Sequence record: NC_061421.1
DNA: 64,000 bases
Reading direction: 5' to 3' (one strand)
The position numbers were made by a program, and so were the translations under genes. Shown here one piece after another: positions 55,658-63,962 of the stretch. The stretch's first letter is position 1. Every line of letters begins with the position of its first letter. The notes under the pieces are model-generated. The model was not told the DNA's origin and did not search any database. It saw nothing but the letters and a program-made list of their open reading frames with translations.

Positions 55658-55661
55658 TATA
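55654..55661 (-). promoter_or_regulatory. Putative early promoter motif TATATCAC overlapping the stop codon of the plus-strand gene
   Basis: 15-mer identical to the site at 35496-35510. Confidence 0.6.
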
Positions 55662-55667
55662 GGCGTG

Positions 55668-55692
55668 AAACAGGGTCGATACGACCCTGTTT
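55668..55692. terminator. Bidirectional terminator
   Basis: AAACAGGGTCG-ata-CGACCCTGTTT between convergent genes. Confidence 0.75.
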
Positions 55693-55704
55693 CCGTTTGT
55701 GCTA

Positions 55705-57096
55705 CTAACCCACTTTTTTCATAGTAGAATAACTGACCGCTTCCACGGGTTTAGTGACATCATATTCCCGCAAGGCAATTTCAAAGGTCTCAGGGCTATG
55801 TTTATTTAACATGAACAACGCCTGTACTGAGGCACCCGGTAAAGGCGGGAAAGGAACTGGACTACGGGGTTCTGCATCAGGAAACGCCATTTTGAAGAAG
55901 CGGCGAATCTCTTTGTCCCCCAGAACTTCAACCTCTACACGAATGTCAATTCTACCATCCCTTAGAATTGCATCGTCCAGTTTCTCAGGGTGATTCGTGG
56001 TCAAGAACACAATGACATCATTCAGACGCATTACGCCATCTAGTGCGTTGAGGAAATCAGACAAACTCCCATTCAGGTATTCGTCCATTGCCTTGTCGTC
56101 TGATTTCGTTTCTTCTAATGTCCCCGGTACCCCGTGAGGCATTTCGATAACATTCAACCCAGACGACTCTTTTTCCTTTTCTTTTAATTCAACTATTGTC
56201 TTTTCTTTACTGCGTGCTTTCGTAAAAGAGTAAGTATCAATATCCTCGATGATGACAACACCACCCGCCGCGCGCTGGAATAATGCCTGATATTGTAATC
56301 CGCCGCTCGGTTTAAGGGTATGAATGTTACGACCTAAAGCCCCAGCCAGTGCGGAAATAAGACTGCTCTTACCAGTGCCAGGTAGCCCATAAAGTAATAC
56401 TGTAAATTTATAAGGTAATCCCCGCGAATGGTACCACTCTTTACTCCGACTAAATTCAAAGACGGGTTCAATCAATCCTTTTTGTACATTATCAGTAACA
56501 ACAATAGTGTCCAGGCTCCGCTTAGGGAGACGGCAGAGGTATTCCCAATTGGCGGTATTGTTGACAAATGCACCGACTGTATTTTTAGTGTCACTTTTCA
56601 CCATGAACGCATCCATCAGTTCGAGTATTGCCTTATGGCTTCGCCCAAACTTACTGATACTCAACCGGTATTTAGAAGCATTAGACGCATTGGCGTCTAT
56701 TTCAATGATTTTAAATACAAAGAGCGTACCGCGATAGAAAAAGAAATGAGAACCCACACCCGGACCTACCGCGCCGTCCGTCCCACTACTTTCCCCATCG
56801 ATAGTAATCGTTCTGCTCCAGTGAAACCAACTGTTCAATGAGAACCAATTAAGGAAGGCAGTGTACTGCTCTGAGTTATAATTAGTCCAGTTGGTGCTGG
56901 CAGTATTGAAAATCAAACTGGTAACGAATTGCCTTTTAACCCACTGAATCACCGCTTTGGGGGTTTTGATTAAACCCCAACCGATTGCGCCTGAGACAGC
57001 TAAAGAACTCGCAGTAACAATCGCGTTCTGTGCCATGGGGTAATCTTTAAAGTTAGACAATATATGGTCGTAAAACGACATTAGCTGTTCAAGCAT
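55705..57096 (-). CDS. BCS1-like membrane-anchored AAA ATPase
   Basis: N-terminal TM; GPGVGSHFFFYRG; RLSISKFGRS; PKRSLDTIV; KEWYHSRGLPYK..LLYGLPGTGKSS; IEDID; LNALDG; TTNHPEKLDDAILRDGRID. Confidence 0.88.
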   Translation of the reverse strand: MLEQLMSFYDHILSNFKDYPMAQNAIVTASSLAVSGAIGWGLIKTPKAVIQWVKRQFVTSLIFNTASTNWTNYNSEQYTAFLNWFSLNSWFHWSRTITIDGESSGTDGAVGPGVGSHFFFYRGTLFVFKIIEIDANASNASKYRLSISKFGRSHKAILELMDAFMVKSDTKNTVGAFVNNTANWEYLCRLPKRSLDTIVVTDNVQKGLIEPVFEFSRSKEWYHSRGLPYKFTVLLYGLPGTGKSSLISALAGALGRNIHTLKPSGGLQYQALFQRAAGGVVIIEDIDTYSFTKARSKEKTIVELKEKEKESSGLNVIEMPHGVPGTLEETKSDDKAMDEYLNGSLSDFLNALDGVMRLNDVIVFLTTNHPEKLDDAILRDGRIDIRVEVEVLGDKEIRRFFKMAFPDAEPRSPVPFPPLPGASVQALFMLNKHSPETFEIALREYDVTKPVEAVSYSTMKKVG

Positions 57097-57162
57097 TGAT
57101 AATCTCCGTTACACTGGTCTGGTCGTAGCATAAGGTTACATTCCGCCGTAAAAAGCAAAAAA

Positions 57163-57190
57163 AAAAGAGGAGGGAAATCCCTCCTCTTTT
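57163..57190. terminator. Terminator hairpin
   Basis: AAAAGAGGAGGG / CCCTCCTCTTTT, with long U tract on the minus strand. Confidence 0.8.
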
Positions 57191-57193
57191 AGC

Positions 57194-57358
57194 TTATTCT
57201 AAATCGTTGAGTTCCTGACGCACGATCTTTTTATTGATACGACGCTCGGCGCGGTGAGTGAGCAACTTGGAGTACGGTCCCGGAATAGTCGGATTACCTG
57301 GGCGGGCGCTCCAATATTCTTGGCTCTGAGCCTTACTGCCGCGTTTGGTTCTTGCCAT
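57194..57358 (-). CDS. 54-aa basic phage protein
   Basis: Not in ORF track; MARTKRGSKAQSQEYWSARPGNPTIPGPYSKLLTHRAERRINKKIVRQELNDLE; GAGGA SD. Confidence 0.7.
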   Translation of the reverse strand: MARTKRGSKAQSQEYWSARPGNPTIPGPYSKLLTHRAERRINKKIVRQELNDLE

Positions 57359-57417
57359 CTTTTGAGTCCTCGAGTTGAAGTATGTAATCGAGGACGGACT
57401 TGAAAGTAATGCATAGC

Positions 57418-57801
57418 TTACCCCGCTGTAAATATTAAGAGTTTCTGATCAAAGTCAAAGTCTTGATGCCGAGCCATCAAAAAAGTTGAGAGTCCTTCAT
57501 AGTCGTTCCATCGATCGTCGTTCTGTTCATTGCTACACGCAATAATTTCAGAAATAATCATTGGGATATCTTCCTTACTAACAACCCACGGACCCAGTTC
57601 GTCGTTAGGGCAGATATTAACCCGTGCCATAATTTCAACTAGTGTACGCTGATTCTTCCACGTCGCTAGCCTTTTAGGCGCCACCGCGTCGTCATCGAAA
57701 ACTTCGTCGTATTCAAGTGTTTTCCCTACACCATCTTCGCCTGTAACCGGTTCCGGTACAGTCTCTTTATCGACCGAATAAAACGTGAGATAAAAGCCCA
57801 T
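57418..57801 (-). CDS. Conserved phage protein (MG.YL...WKN pattern)
   Basis: 127-aa ORF. Confidence 0.65.
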   Translation of the reverse strand: MGFYLTFYSVDKETVPEPVTGEDGVGKTLEYDEVFDDDAVAPKRLATWKNQRTLVEIMARVNICPNDELGPWVVSKEDIPMIISEIIACSNEQNDDRWNDYEGLSTFLMARHQDFDFDQKLLIFTAG

Positions 57802-58167
57802 CTATTCTCCGCCCCAGAAATAAGTTAAGATTGAATCAAAGTCAGCAATCTCCCAGAAAGTATCCAATTCAAGCCACGAGTCGATAATATCTAAGGGACC
57901 TTCTTTCATCCATTTGTCCAGTAACTCCCGAATCTCTTCGCCTGTTAAAACGAAGTGTATTCCTGGACGAGGGAGATTGTATTTGGCTTGTACCAGTTTA
58001 TGAAAATCTTCTGCCTGTACCCCGCTGATCCCTCTCATCGCTAACACCGGACCAAGGTGATGGCCGTAGGTTAAATACTGACGAGTCTCTCCTGCTTCAG
58101 TTTCGTAGGTAGCGATCTTTTCAGGAATAACACGGTCACGCTGAAATTCTCTGAGCTCAACGAACAT
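57802..58167 (-). CDS. Hypothetical protein
   Basis: 121-aa ORF. Confidence 0.65.
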   Translation of the reverse strand: MFVELREFQRDRVIPEKIATYETEAGETRQYLTYGHHLGPVLAMRGISGVQAEDFHKLVQAKYNLPRPGIHFVLTGEEIRELLDKWMKEGPLDIIDSWLELDTFWEIADFDSILTYFWGGE

Positions 58168-58172
58168 AGTCT

Positions 58173-58646
58173 TTAACCCTCAAACCGATAGACGATAATT
58201 TCAAAATCAGTATCCGAAAAAACCCGCTTGATATTTTCACTCACGCGCTCCCAGTCACCACCTGCTAACCCGCACCCCAATAGAGGGAAACCGACTTTTA
58301 AAACCCTCCCTTCCTTTTTCAGGATAGAGGCCATTAGTTTCAACGCCAGATAAAGAGCAGCGTAATGGGTTTTATAGTCAGGGTGCGAATGTTCGTGATG
58401 AAATTGACCACAAAGGTTGAAGCCCCATTGATTCCCATTCTTAGCAGCAGTTAATTTCCCCAAGCGTTTGTTGTAAGGGCGCTTATCGGAAAAGTAAGAT
58501 TCCGCTAACCAAGGCAATGCTTCGAATATTTTAACAGCAATACCGCTCTTAGCGACCCCAAAGCAATTGACTTGGTGGGCTATGACGTCAACTTCCTTAT
58601 TAAGAAAGGCTTCAATCAAATCCCCTTTTATTTCAGTGTATTTCAT
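58173..58646 (-). CDS. Macrodomain (ADP-ribose binding / hydrolase) protein
   Basis: KGDL, IAHQVNCFGVAKSGIA, FPLLGCGLAGGDW. Confidence 0.92.
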   Translation of the reverse strand: MKYTEIKGDLIEAFLNKEVDVIAHQVNCFGVAKSGIAVKIFEALPWLAESYFSDKRPYNKRLGKLTAAKNGNQWGFNLCGQFHHEHSHPDYKTHYAALYLALKLMASILKKEGRVLKVGFPLLGCGLAGGDWERVSENIKRVFSDTDFEIIVYRFEG

Positions 58647-58664
58647 AGCCCGCTCTCGCCGTGG

Positions 58665-59282
58665 TTAATTGATGATGAATTTACATTTTTCGAGGTGGTA
58701 TTCTTTCCCGCCAAAGCAGAGTTTCTTAACGTAATCCGGACGAGGGAGATTAACGTTCTCTGTGTAGGCGTTATGGGATACTAACGACTTGTTAACGACT
58801 TCGCCTTTGTTGTATTCAACGAGCCGACCGGGGAATTCTTGGGAAAAACCAAACCCCGAGAATTTCAATTTTACATGCGAATGAAAAGAGAGATTTCGCC
58901 AACCTGGGAATTTCAACCCTTTCACGTGGGCAGCGATAAAACGAATCAACGCAGTGTAAACTTTACCCAGTTCACCCGTGGTAATGACTTCGTCTTCGTT
59001 ACCGAAACGGAAGATGACTTTGGAATCGTGACCATCTTTATTACGGTACCAGTCGACGACAAAACGAGAGTAGTAACCGTAGAGACCATTCTCTGGCGTA
59101 CTGCGGTTACGGTAAGACTGCGCCGTATCGGAGTCGTACCGGTAGCACGTATTGTGCTCAAAAGGCTGACCCCGTCTGAAACCGATGAACTGCGCGAGCT
59201 GGACCGCCTGGATTAATGTCAGGTGTACGATCGTACCTAACTTGTTAGTAAGAATAAAGATAGGACTTGAAGCTGTTTGCAT
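58665..59282 (-). CDS. Hypothetical protein
   Basis: 205-aa ORF. Confidence 0.7.
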   Translation of the reverse strand: MQTASSPIFILTNKLGTIVHLTLIQAVQLAQFIGFRRGQPFEHNTCYRYDSDTAQSYRNRSTPENGLYGYYSRFVVDWYRNKDGHDSKVIFRFGNEDEVITTGELGKVYTALIRFIAAHVKGLKFPGWRNLSFHSHVKLKFSGFGFSQEFPGRLVEYNKGEVVNKSLVSHNAYTENVNLPRPDYVKKLCFGGKEYHLEKCKFIIN

Positions 59283-59287
59283 TCGTT

Positions 59288-59887
59288 TTACTCCTGCAGC
59301 AGTTTGGTTATTTCACCAATGAACTCGGAATGGTCTTCTATTTTATCTCGACCAATCTCCGAGCCCGTAATTTGATCATCAACATAACGAGAGACCAAGG
59401 CGTTGATTTTCCCAGCGGGACTGGAAAGGAATTCATCTGACTCAGCGTAATCAGCATTCCAGTTACGAATATAGAATGAAGGGTTAAAGGTCTCTGTCGT
59501 TCGGAAGTCAGGGAGTTTACCCACCATTAAAAGTTCCAACGAAGGAGAATAATGTACACCGTATTCAGTTCGACCGGTGTACTCGTTAAGTTCTGCCTTT
59601 GCCCAAATATTAAAACTGTCTATAATCCATACCCTGCTACATTTTAGAGCAATCTCCCTTTTCCAATCAGCAAGCGGGCCGTCTTGTAACATCGCTGAAA
59701 TATGCTCGTCGCTCATTATGACTTCGTAATAGTTCCGCCGGTTGAAATCTTCTAATCTCCTTTTTAAAAGGGAAAACAGATTCTGCTGCTCGGCGCTGAT
59801 AAAAGCGTCGTAATACTTATTGGTAATAAGATCTCTTTCTACTTCTGACAGCGGTTCTTTAAGAAAACCGAGTTTTGTTCTGGACAT
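59288..59887 (-). CDS. Hypothetical protein
   Basis: 199-aa ORF with GGAG SD. Confidence 0.7.
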   Translation of the reverse strand: MSRTKLGFLKEPLSEVERDLITNKYYDAFISAEQQNLFSLLKRRLEDFNRRNYYEVIMSDEHISAMLQDGPLADWKREIALKCSRVWIIDSFNIWAKAELNEYTGRTEYGVHYSPSLELLMVGKLPDFRTTETFNPSFYIRNWNADYAESDEFLSSPAGKINALVSRYVDDQITGSEIGRDKIEDHSEFIGEITKLLQE

Positions 59888-59896
59888 TTTTACTCC

Positions 59897-60304
59897 TTAA
59901 TTAAAGTTGAACACCAATCGTTCAGCGCCCGATTCTTTGAGGATGTTTAATTGTTCGAACCACCACTCCCCAAGATGTTCCCGCCAACTCGCCGTTACGC
60001 CTTCCCCTTCGGGAAGAGTACTTCTTCCATCGCCACTACGGTCTTCTACGAGCGTATCGTAGTCAAAGTCCAGTAACACTTTGACATCCAAAATATAGTT
60101 ATAATCGTAATCGTAACTGATAGGTCTCCCTGCCTTTTCCCATTTATACGGCAAAGGAGGAACGCCAGCCATATTCCTTACGTCAGCGAGCCAACCGTAA
60201 ATAAAGTAGTTCTGGAAATCAAACCAATCCGCTCCTCCAGAAATAATCTCCCATTTCCCTTCTTTGTTTTTCTTCTCAAACCGTCCCTCGATATAAGCGC
60301 CCAT
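59897..60304 (-). CDS. Conserved phage protein (MG..I...E...GKW...NY.IYGWLADVRN)
   Basis: Motif recurrent in phage proteins. Confidence 0.7.
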   Translation of the reverse strand: MGAYIEGRFEKKNKEGKWEIISGGADWFDFQNYFIYGWLADVRNMAGVPPLPYKWEKAGRPISYDYDYNYILDVKVLLDFDYDTLVEDRSGDGRSTLPEGEGVTASWREHLGEWWFEQLNILKESGAERLVFNFN

Positions 60305-60307
60305 GTT

Positions 60308-61525
60308 CTAGTCTCCGTAGTAATAACTGAAGGTGAAGGTAAACCCGTACTTGGTGTATTCCGGTGAAATATGGAAGATCTGTGCGGGTTTACTTTCCTT
60401 CATAGCGGGGATACGTTCTTTTAATGCATCCAGTGCGATGTCCACTTGGGTGTTACTTAGTTCAGAAAGAGTTATTGTCGCGCAATAGGTAGCGGTGAAT
60501 ATATCTTTTCTATTCCAGCCGACCGCGTGAGAGACAGATTTACCGTCGTCCCAGTCTTTAACATACTGGCGAAGTGTTTGTTCCGTAAAAGACAAATCTA
60601 ACTTCGGTACACTGATCATCTTTTCTTTAATTAATGAGACTAGCGCCCGAGTCAACGTAATTAAAGAAACCTGTTGTACTTGACCGCTGGCGCCTGAATT
60701 TAATTTTCGGATAAAATGGCCAATGAGTTGAGGGAGTTTATTGATCATTTTATTAAAAATAGTATCGTTAGGTGGTTTTACGGGAGGGAAGCAAATTGAC
60801 AATATAACTTTATCCCGATTACCCCCAATTCTTTCCACAGAGTATTCCGCGTAGAGCGAACCGTCTTCCCCGAAAGAAAGTTCAACGTCCTTTCTAACAG
60901 CTGAGGAACCTATCACATCTCGCGCGTCATCAAAAGTGATACTATAGGCTATCGGGGAAACGTTGTTATCTTTGCTCCGCCGGTAATTTGTAAGGACACT
61001 AGTAACCGCGAGGTGCGGGGCGTTGAGGTCCTCTAGGGTAGCGACGATGTCTTTCATTTTAGTCTCCTGTTTATTACTGAGGGAATTATCGACGAAGGTA
61101 AAAATAGCTTCTATTTCTTCGACGGGGTTAATAACATGACTACGGCTCATGTACGAGGTTATTAACCTATTTAGTTTTTCGATCAGTTCTTTTTCTGAGG
61201 CAACACCCACGTAACCTTTTTTCTGCCACTCAAAACGAATATCGAAATGAATAGAGTAGCGATCATTGTCAGGAAGTACTGGTCTTGTAAAATGAGTGAC
61301 AGTACCGTCTTTAATTACAATATCGATACGAACCTGATCTATCGCGTCGCTAATGAATTTTGGAACACTCCAGCTATATTCTAGCTCAGGATTCGGGGTA
61401 GTGGGTTCGCAAGACAGTGTAAATTTCGGGAAAGGAGAATAACTGACATTGGCTTTAAATAAATAAAATTTACCTGCTTGAAAATCTTTAACAATTGAAT
61501 CGTTCTGACCTTTTGAATAGTTCAT
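60308..61525 (-). CDS. Hypothetical protein
   Basis: 405-aa ORF with GAGG SD. Confidence 0.7.
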   Translation of the reverse strand: MNYSKGQNDSIVKDFQAGKFYLFKANVSYSPFPKFTLSCEPTTPNPELEYSWSVPKFISDAIDQVRIDIVIKDGTVTHFTRPVLPDNDRYSIHFDIRFEWQKKGYVGVASEKELIEKLNRLITSYMSRSHVINPVEEIEAIFTFVDNSLSNKQETKMKDIVATLEDLNAPHLAVTSVLTNYRRSKDNNVSPIAYSITFDDARDVIGSSAVRKDVELSFGEDGSLYAEYSVERIGGNRDKVILSICFPPVKPPNDTIFNKMINKLPQLIGHFIRKLNSGASGQVQQVSLITLTRALVSLIKEKMISVPKLDLSFTEQTLRQYVKDWDDGKSVSHAVGWNRKDIFTATYCATITLSELSNTQVDIALDALKERIPAMKESKPAQIFHISPEYTKYGFTFTFSYYYGD

Positions 61526-61551
61526 TTTGTCACCTCACACTTTTACCGTAA

Positions 61552-61579
61552 TAGAGTCGGAGGAACTCCTCCGACTCTA
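61552..61579. terminator. Hairpin, probable terminator
   Basis: TAGAGTCGGAGG-aact-CCTCCGACTCTA. Confidence 0.65.
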
Positions 61580-61584
61580 AGGTT

Positions 61585-61893
61585 TTATTTTGGTCTTACA
61601 CGTAGTTCGAGTTTCACTTTCCCGATGGAATCATTTTCAATGACAATACTTCGCCAGAGACCGATCTCCCCGCCATAGGCGTAAAAGCAGATCTCGCGTT
61701 CAAGAATGTCGAAGAGTCGAGTAACCGCCCTCTTCTCATCTTCGTTGAACTCAAAGCATGGATCAAGCGATTTTTCTCGATGTACCTTTACGTTTTGAAC
61801 CAGTTCTACAGCATCGTTAAATTCCGTAGAAACTAGTCCGGCGTGAACGGCGTTATGTACGTAAACTACTGTCTCCAGTACACAGGTCGTCAT
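61585..61893 (-). CDS. Hypothetical protein
   Basis: Start moved to MTTCV (TAATG overlap). Confidence 0.65.
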   Translation of the reverse strand: MTTCVLETVVYVHNAVHAGLVSTEFNDAVELVQNVKVHREKSLDPCFEFNEDEKRAVTRLFDILEREICFYAYGGEIGLWRSIVIENDSIGKVKLELRVRPK

Positions 61894-62024
61894 TAGATTA
61901 CTCCACCCCAAACAATCGCCGCCGCAAATAACCACCAACCCCAGCTATGTTCCCCGTGAAAGAAACCATAGCCTCCAATACCGATTAACACTAAACTTAA
62001 AATACCGGCCATGAAATATTTCAT
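61893..62024 (-). CDS. 43-aa two-TM membrane peptide
   Basis: Not in ORF track; MKYFMAGILSLVLIGIGGYGFFHGEHSWGWWLFAAAIVWGGVI; ATGA and TAATG overlaps on both sides. Confidence 0.7.
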   Translation of the reverse strand: MKYFMAGILSLVLIGIGGYGFFHGEHSWGWWLFAAAIVWGGVI

Positions 62025-63412
62025 ACCGACACCTCTATTTTAATCGCAGGGTGGTGTTTGTATTCCGTGAAGACGAAGTCCTCAAAGGTGAGTTCAAATA
62101 ATCCTTTCTTTGGAACGACCACCGCCGAATCGTAATAGTGCTCAGAACGAACAAAACATTCTACTGGTTTATACGGCTCACGAGTAAGCTGTAATTTCAC
62201 TTCCTCGATCTGGTTAAGGTAGATATGGACGTTAGTCAGATTACCAACCAACTGTTTTGGCGCCATCCCCAACTCATGGGCAAAGGCCAGTAACATGAAT
62301 GCGTAGAACGCCTGGTTATACGGTTCGCCGACGGGTAAGTCCACGGAACGCATTGAGTACTTAAGACTCAACCACTGCGTAGGGACATGATTCTCAGTGA
62401 GCCACTCCGCTTTACGTTCTGCCGACATCTTAGGTTGATTACAATGTTCTTCTGCGTAGCAGTCGGACATGTGATCTTCCCAGAGATCCTGGAAGTACGG
62501 GTTAGCGTTATTCGCGCACCAATCCAAACGCTCGCGCAGCGTCATCTCTTCCACGTAGAACTCTACGAGGAAATGACAGGGAGTGAGGCACGGTTTTCCG
62601 TTGATAACGTTTTCCTGCGGTGTCACCTTTACCGTCTTAGTTCGCGGTACCCCGTGACTGGCCAGAAAATCTTCGCAGTTATCGGTCTTACCGTGATCTT
62701 CCAGGCGCGGCCAGAAGATCGCATAAAGGTCCGGGCTGTGGGTTTTTAAATGTTCCCACATCTCGTCATTAGTGAGAGTAACTTCTTTCGTTTCCTCTGG
62801 CATCCAGAGTGGGTTCCACGCCGAGATGAGAATCCGGCGGGATTCTGGATTGTTCCGCAGCAGGTCTAAAACATATGCGACTTGATCAACGCCTTTCTTC
62901 TTAAGCGGGTCTTCCGAGAAGTTTCGCCAGGCGCTACCATACGGCGCATTCAGATCATTTACGTGATGTGCGATTACCGAGCGCGTACGCGGTACGTTAT
63001 GCGAATCCAACCACACGTGACCCTCTTCGACTGGGCGAATAGAGATCTTCTTACTGAAGAACTCGATGTACGCATCTTCGTTGTTTTCTTCCAGCCAACG
63101 CAAACGCTCGTAATTCTCCAACTCCACTTCCGTAGAGACGTTTTCCTTCAACCGCCACGGCGCCCAGAAATCCCCTTTCCCGTCCTCGGTGATCATCGAC
63201 TCCATATGGAGCTCACCATTAAGGATAGAACGGAACTCTCGCCAAGCCAGTTTACGAGAAACAAACTTTGTGGTGAGTAACGGGAACTCACCTTTTGATA
63301 GATCGTATTTTAATCTGGCATCAAAAATACCGATAGTCCCTGTCCCGGTACGATCGCCGCGCACTCGTCCTGTTTCCAAGACTTCCTGGAGTAATTCAAG
63401 GTATTGTTTCAT
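62021..63412 (-). CDS. thyA: Thymidylate synthase with three insertions
   Basis: DRTGTG, FPLLTTK, PYG..WR, SRRILISAWNP, PCH, RSVD...PYN, NVHIY. Confidence 0.95.
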   Translation of the reverse strand: MKQYLELLQEVLETGRVRGDRTGTGTIGIFDARLKYDLSKGEFPLLTTKFVSRKLAWREFRSILNGELHMESMITEDGKGDFWAPWRLKENVSTEVELENYERLRWLEENNEDAYIEFFSKKISIRPVEEGHVWLDSHNVPRTRSVIAHHVNDLNAPYGSAWRNFSEDPLKKKGVDQVAYVLDLLRNNPESRRILISAWNPLWMPEETKEVTLTNDEMWEHLKTHSPDLYAIFWPRLEDHGKTDNCEDFLASHGVPRTKTVKVTPQENVINGKPCLTPCHFLVEFYVEEMTLRERLDWCANNANPYFQDLWEDHMSDCYAEEHCNQPKMSAERKAEWLTENHVPTQWLSLKYSMRSVDLPVGEPYNQAFYAFMLLAFAHELGMAPKQLVGNLTNVHIYLNQIEEVKLQLTREPYKPVECFVRSEHYYDSAVVVPKKGLFELTFEDFVFTEYKHHPAIKIEVSV

Positions 63413-63642
63413 TTATTCTCATTCTCCCCTATTTCAGTTAATTTCAACATCAAGTTATTGCGTGCGTTTAGCATAGTCTGTGTATTTTTAAAACCTATGC
63501 GCAGTTCACCACCGGAATAGAAGAGAACTTTAAAAAACGCATAATCGTTTCGGTCTTCTGGCCATGCCGGCCCAACAAACTTTATGTCGCTTAGATCAAT
63601 CATAAAACTTTGATCTGTACCATCGAGTATCGTAGTTAACAT
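63409..63642 (-). CDS. Hypothetical protein
   Basis: 77-aa ORF with ATGA overlap. Confidence 0.65.
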   Translation of the reverse strand: MLTTILDGTDQSFMIDLSDIKFVGPAWPEDRNDYAFFKVLFYSGGELRIGFKNTQTMLNARNNLMLKLTEIGENENK

Positions 63643-63962
63643 TCACTTTCCTCAGTAAAAATTTTATCGATGTACGGCGTTTTATTGACCCCAACAAATT
63701 CCCCGGTAAACCATCCGTCGGAGAGACGAACGATCTTGTAATAAAACATCCGGTTAAATCGCGTTCCGTTTTTCTTTGTGATCATGTTCGTTATTGCTGC
63801 CGGCAAACAAAAGGCACCAGACATGATCTTTCTTTCGTATCCTTTACCGACCCGGAATCGGAATTCTTCTGTGGTTGTATCAACCTCAAAGTCGATCGAT
63901 GAATACAATTCCGGTTGTAGGTCCCGGAAACCTGCGGAGAGATAACAGCTCCCACCAGGCAT
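63636..63962 (-). CDS. Hypothetical protein
   Basis: 108-aa ORF. Confidence 0.6.
   Translation of the reverse strand: MPGGSCYLSAGFRDLQPELYSSIDFEVDTTTEEFRFRVGKGYERKIMSGAFCLPAAITNMITKKNGTRFNRMFYYKIVRLSDGWFTGEFVGVNKTPYIDKIFTEESEC

Noticed and set aside
57154-57166. Long poly-A runs as slippage or phase-variation sites
   Set aside because: They are intergenic U tracts of minus-strand terminators, not in coding frames
57199-57414. 71-aa ORF from the track
   Set aside because: Another frame (57194..57358) has a better SD, a recognisable motif and ends at the terminator
553-61551. CCGTAA(A/T)A near several terminators (about 556, 57146, 61546) as a middle-promoter motif
   Set aside because: Too few and too degenerate to separate from chance
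567-61579. Roughly 20 intergenic inverted repeats as a mobile repeat family
   Set aside because: Stems are unrelated in sequence and sit at gene ends with A/T flanks, as expected for intrinsic terminators
62375-63130. TS insertions as inteins or introns
   Set aside because: Too short, no Cys/Ser...His-Asn splice ends, no endonuclease motifs, and the frame is continuous
62021-63412. Thymidylate synthase as a dCMP hydroxymethylase or other base-modifying variant
   Set aside because: Retains Asn in PYN (dUMP specificity) rather than Asp, and no other base-modification genes are adjacent
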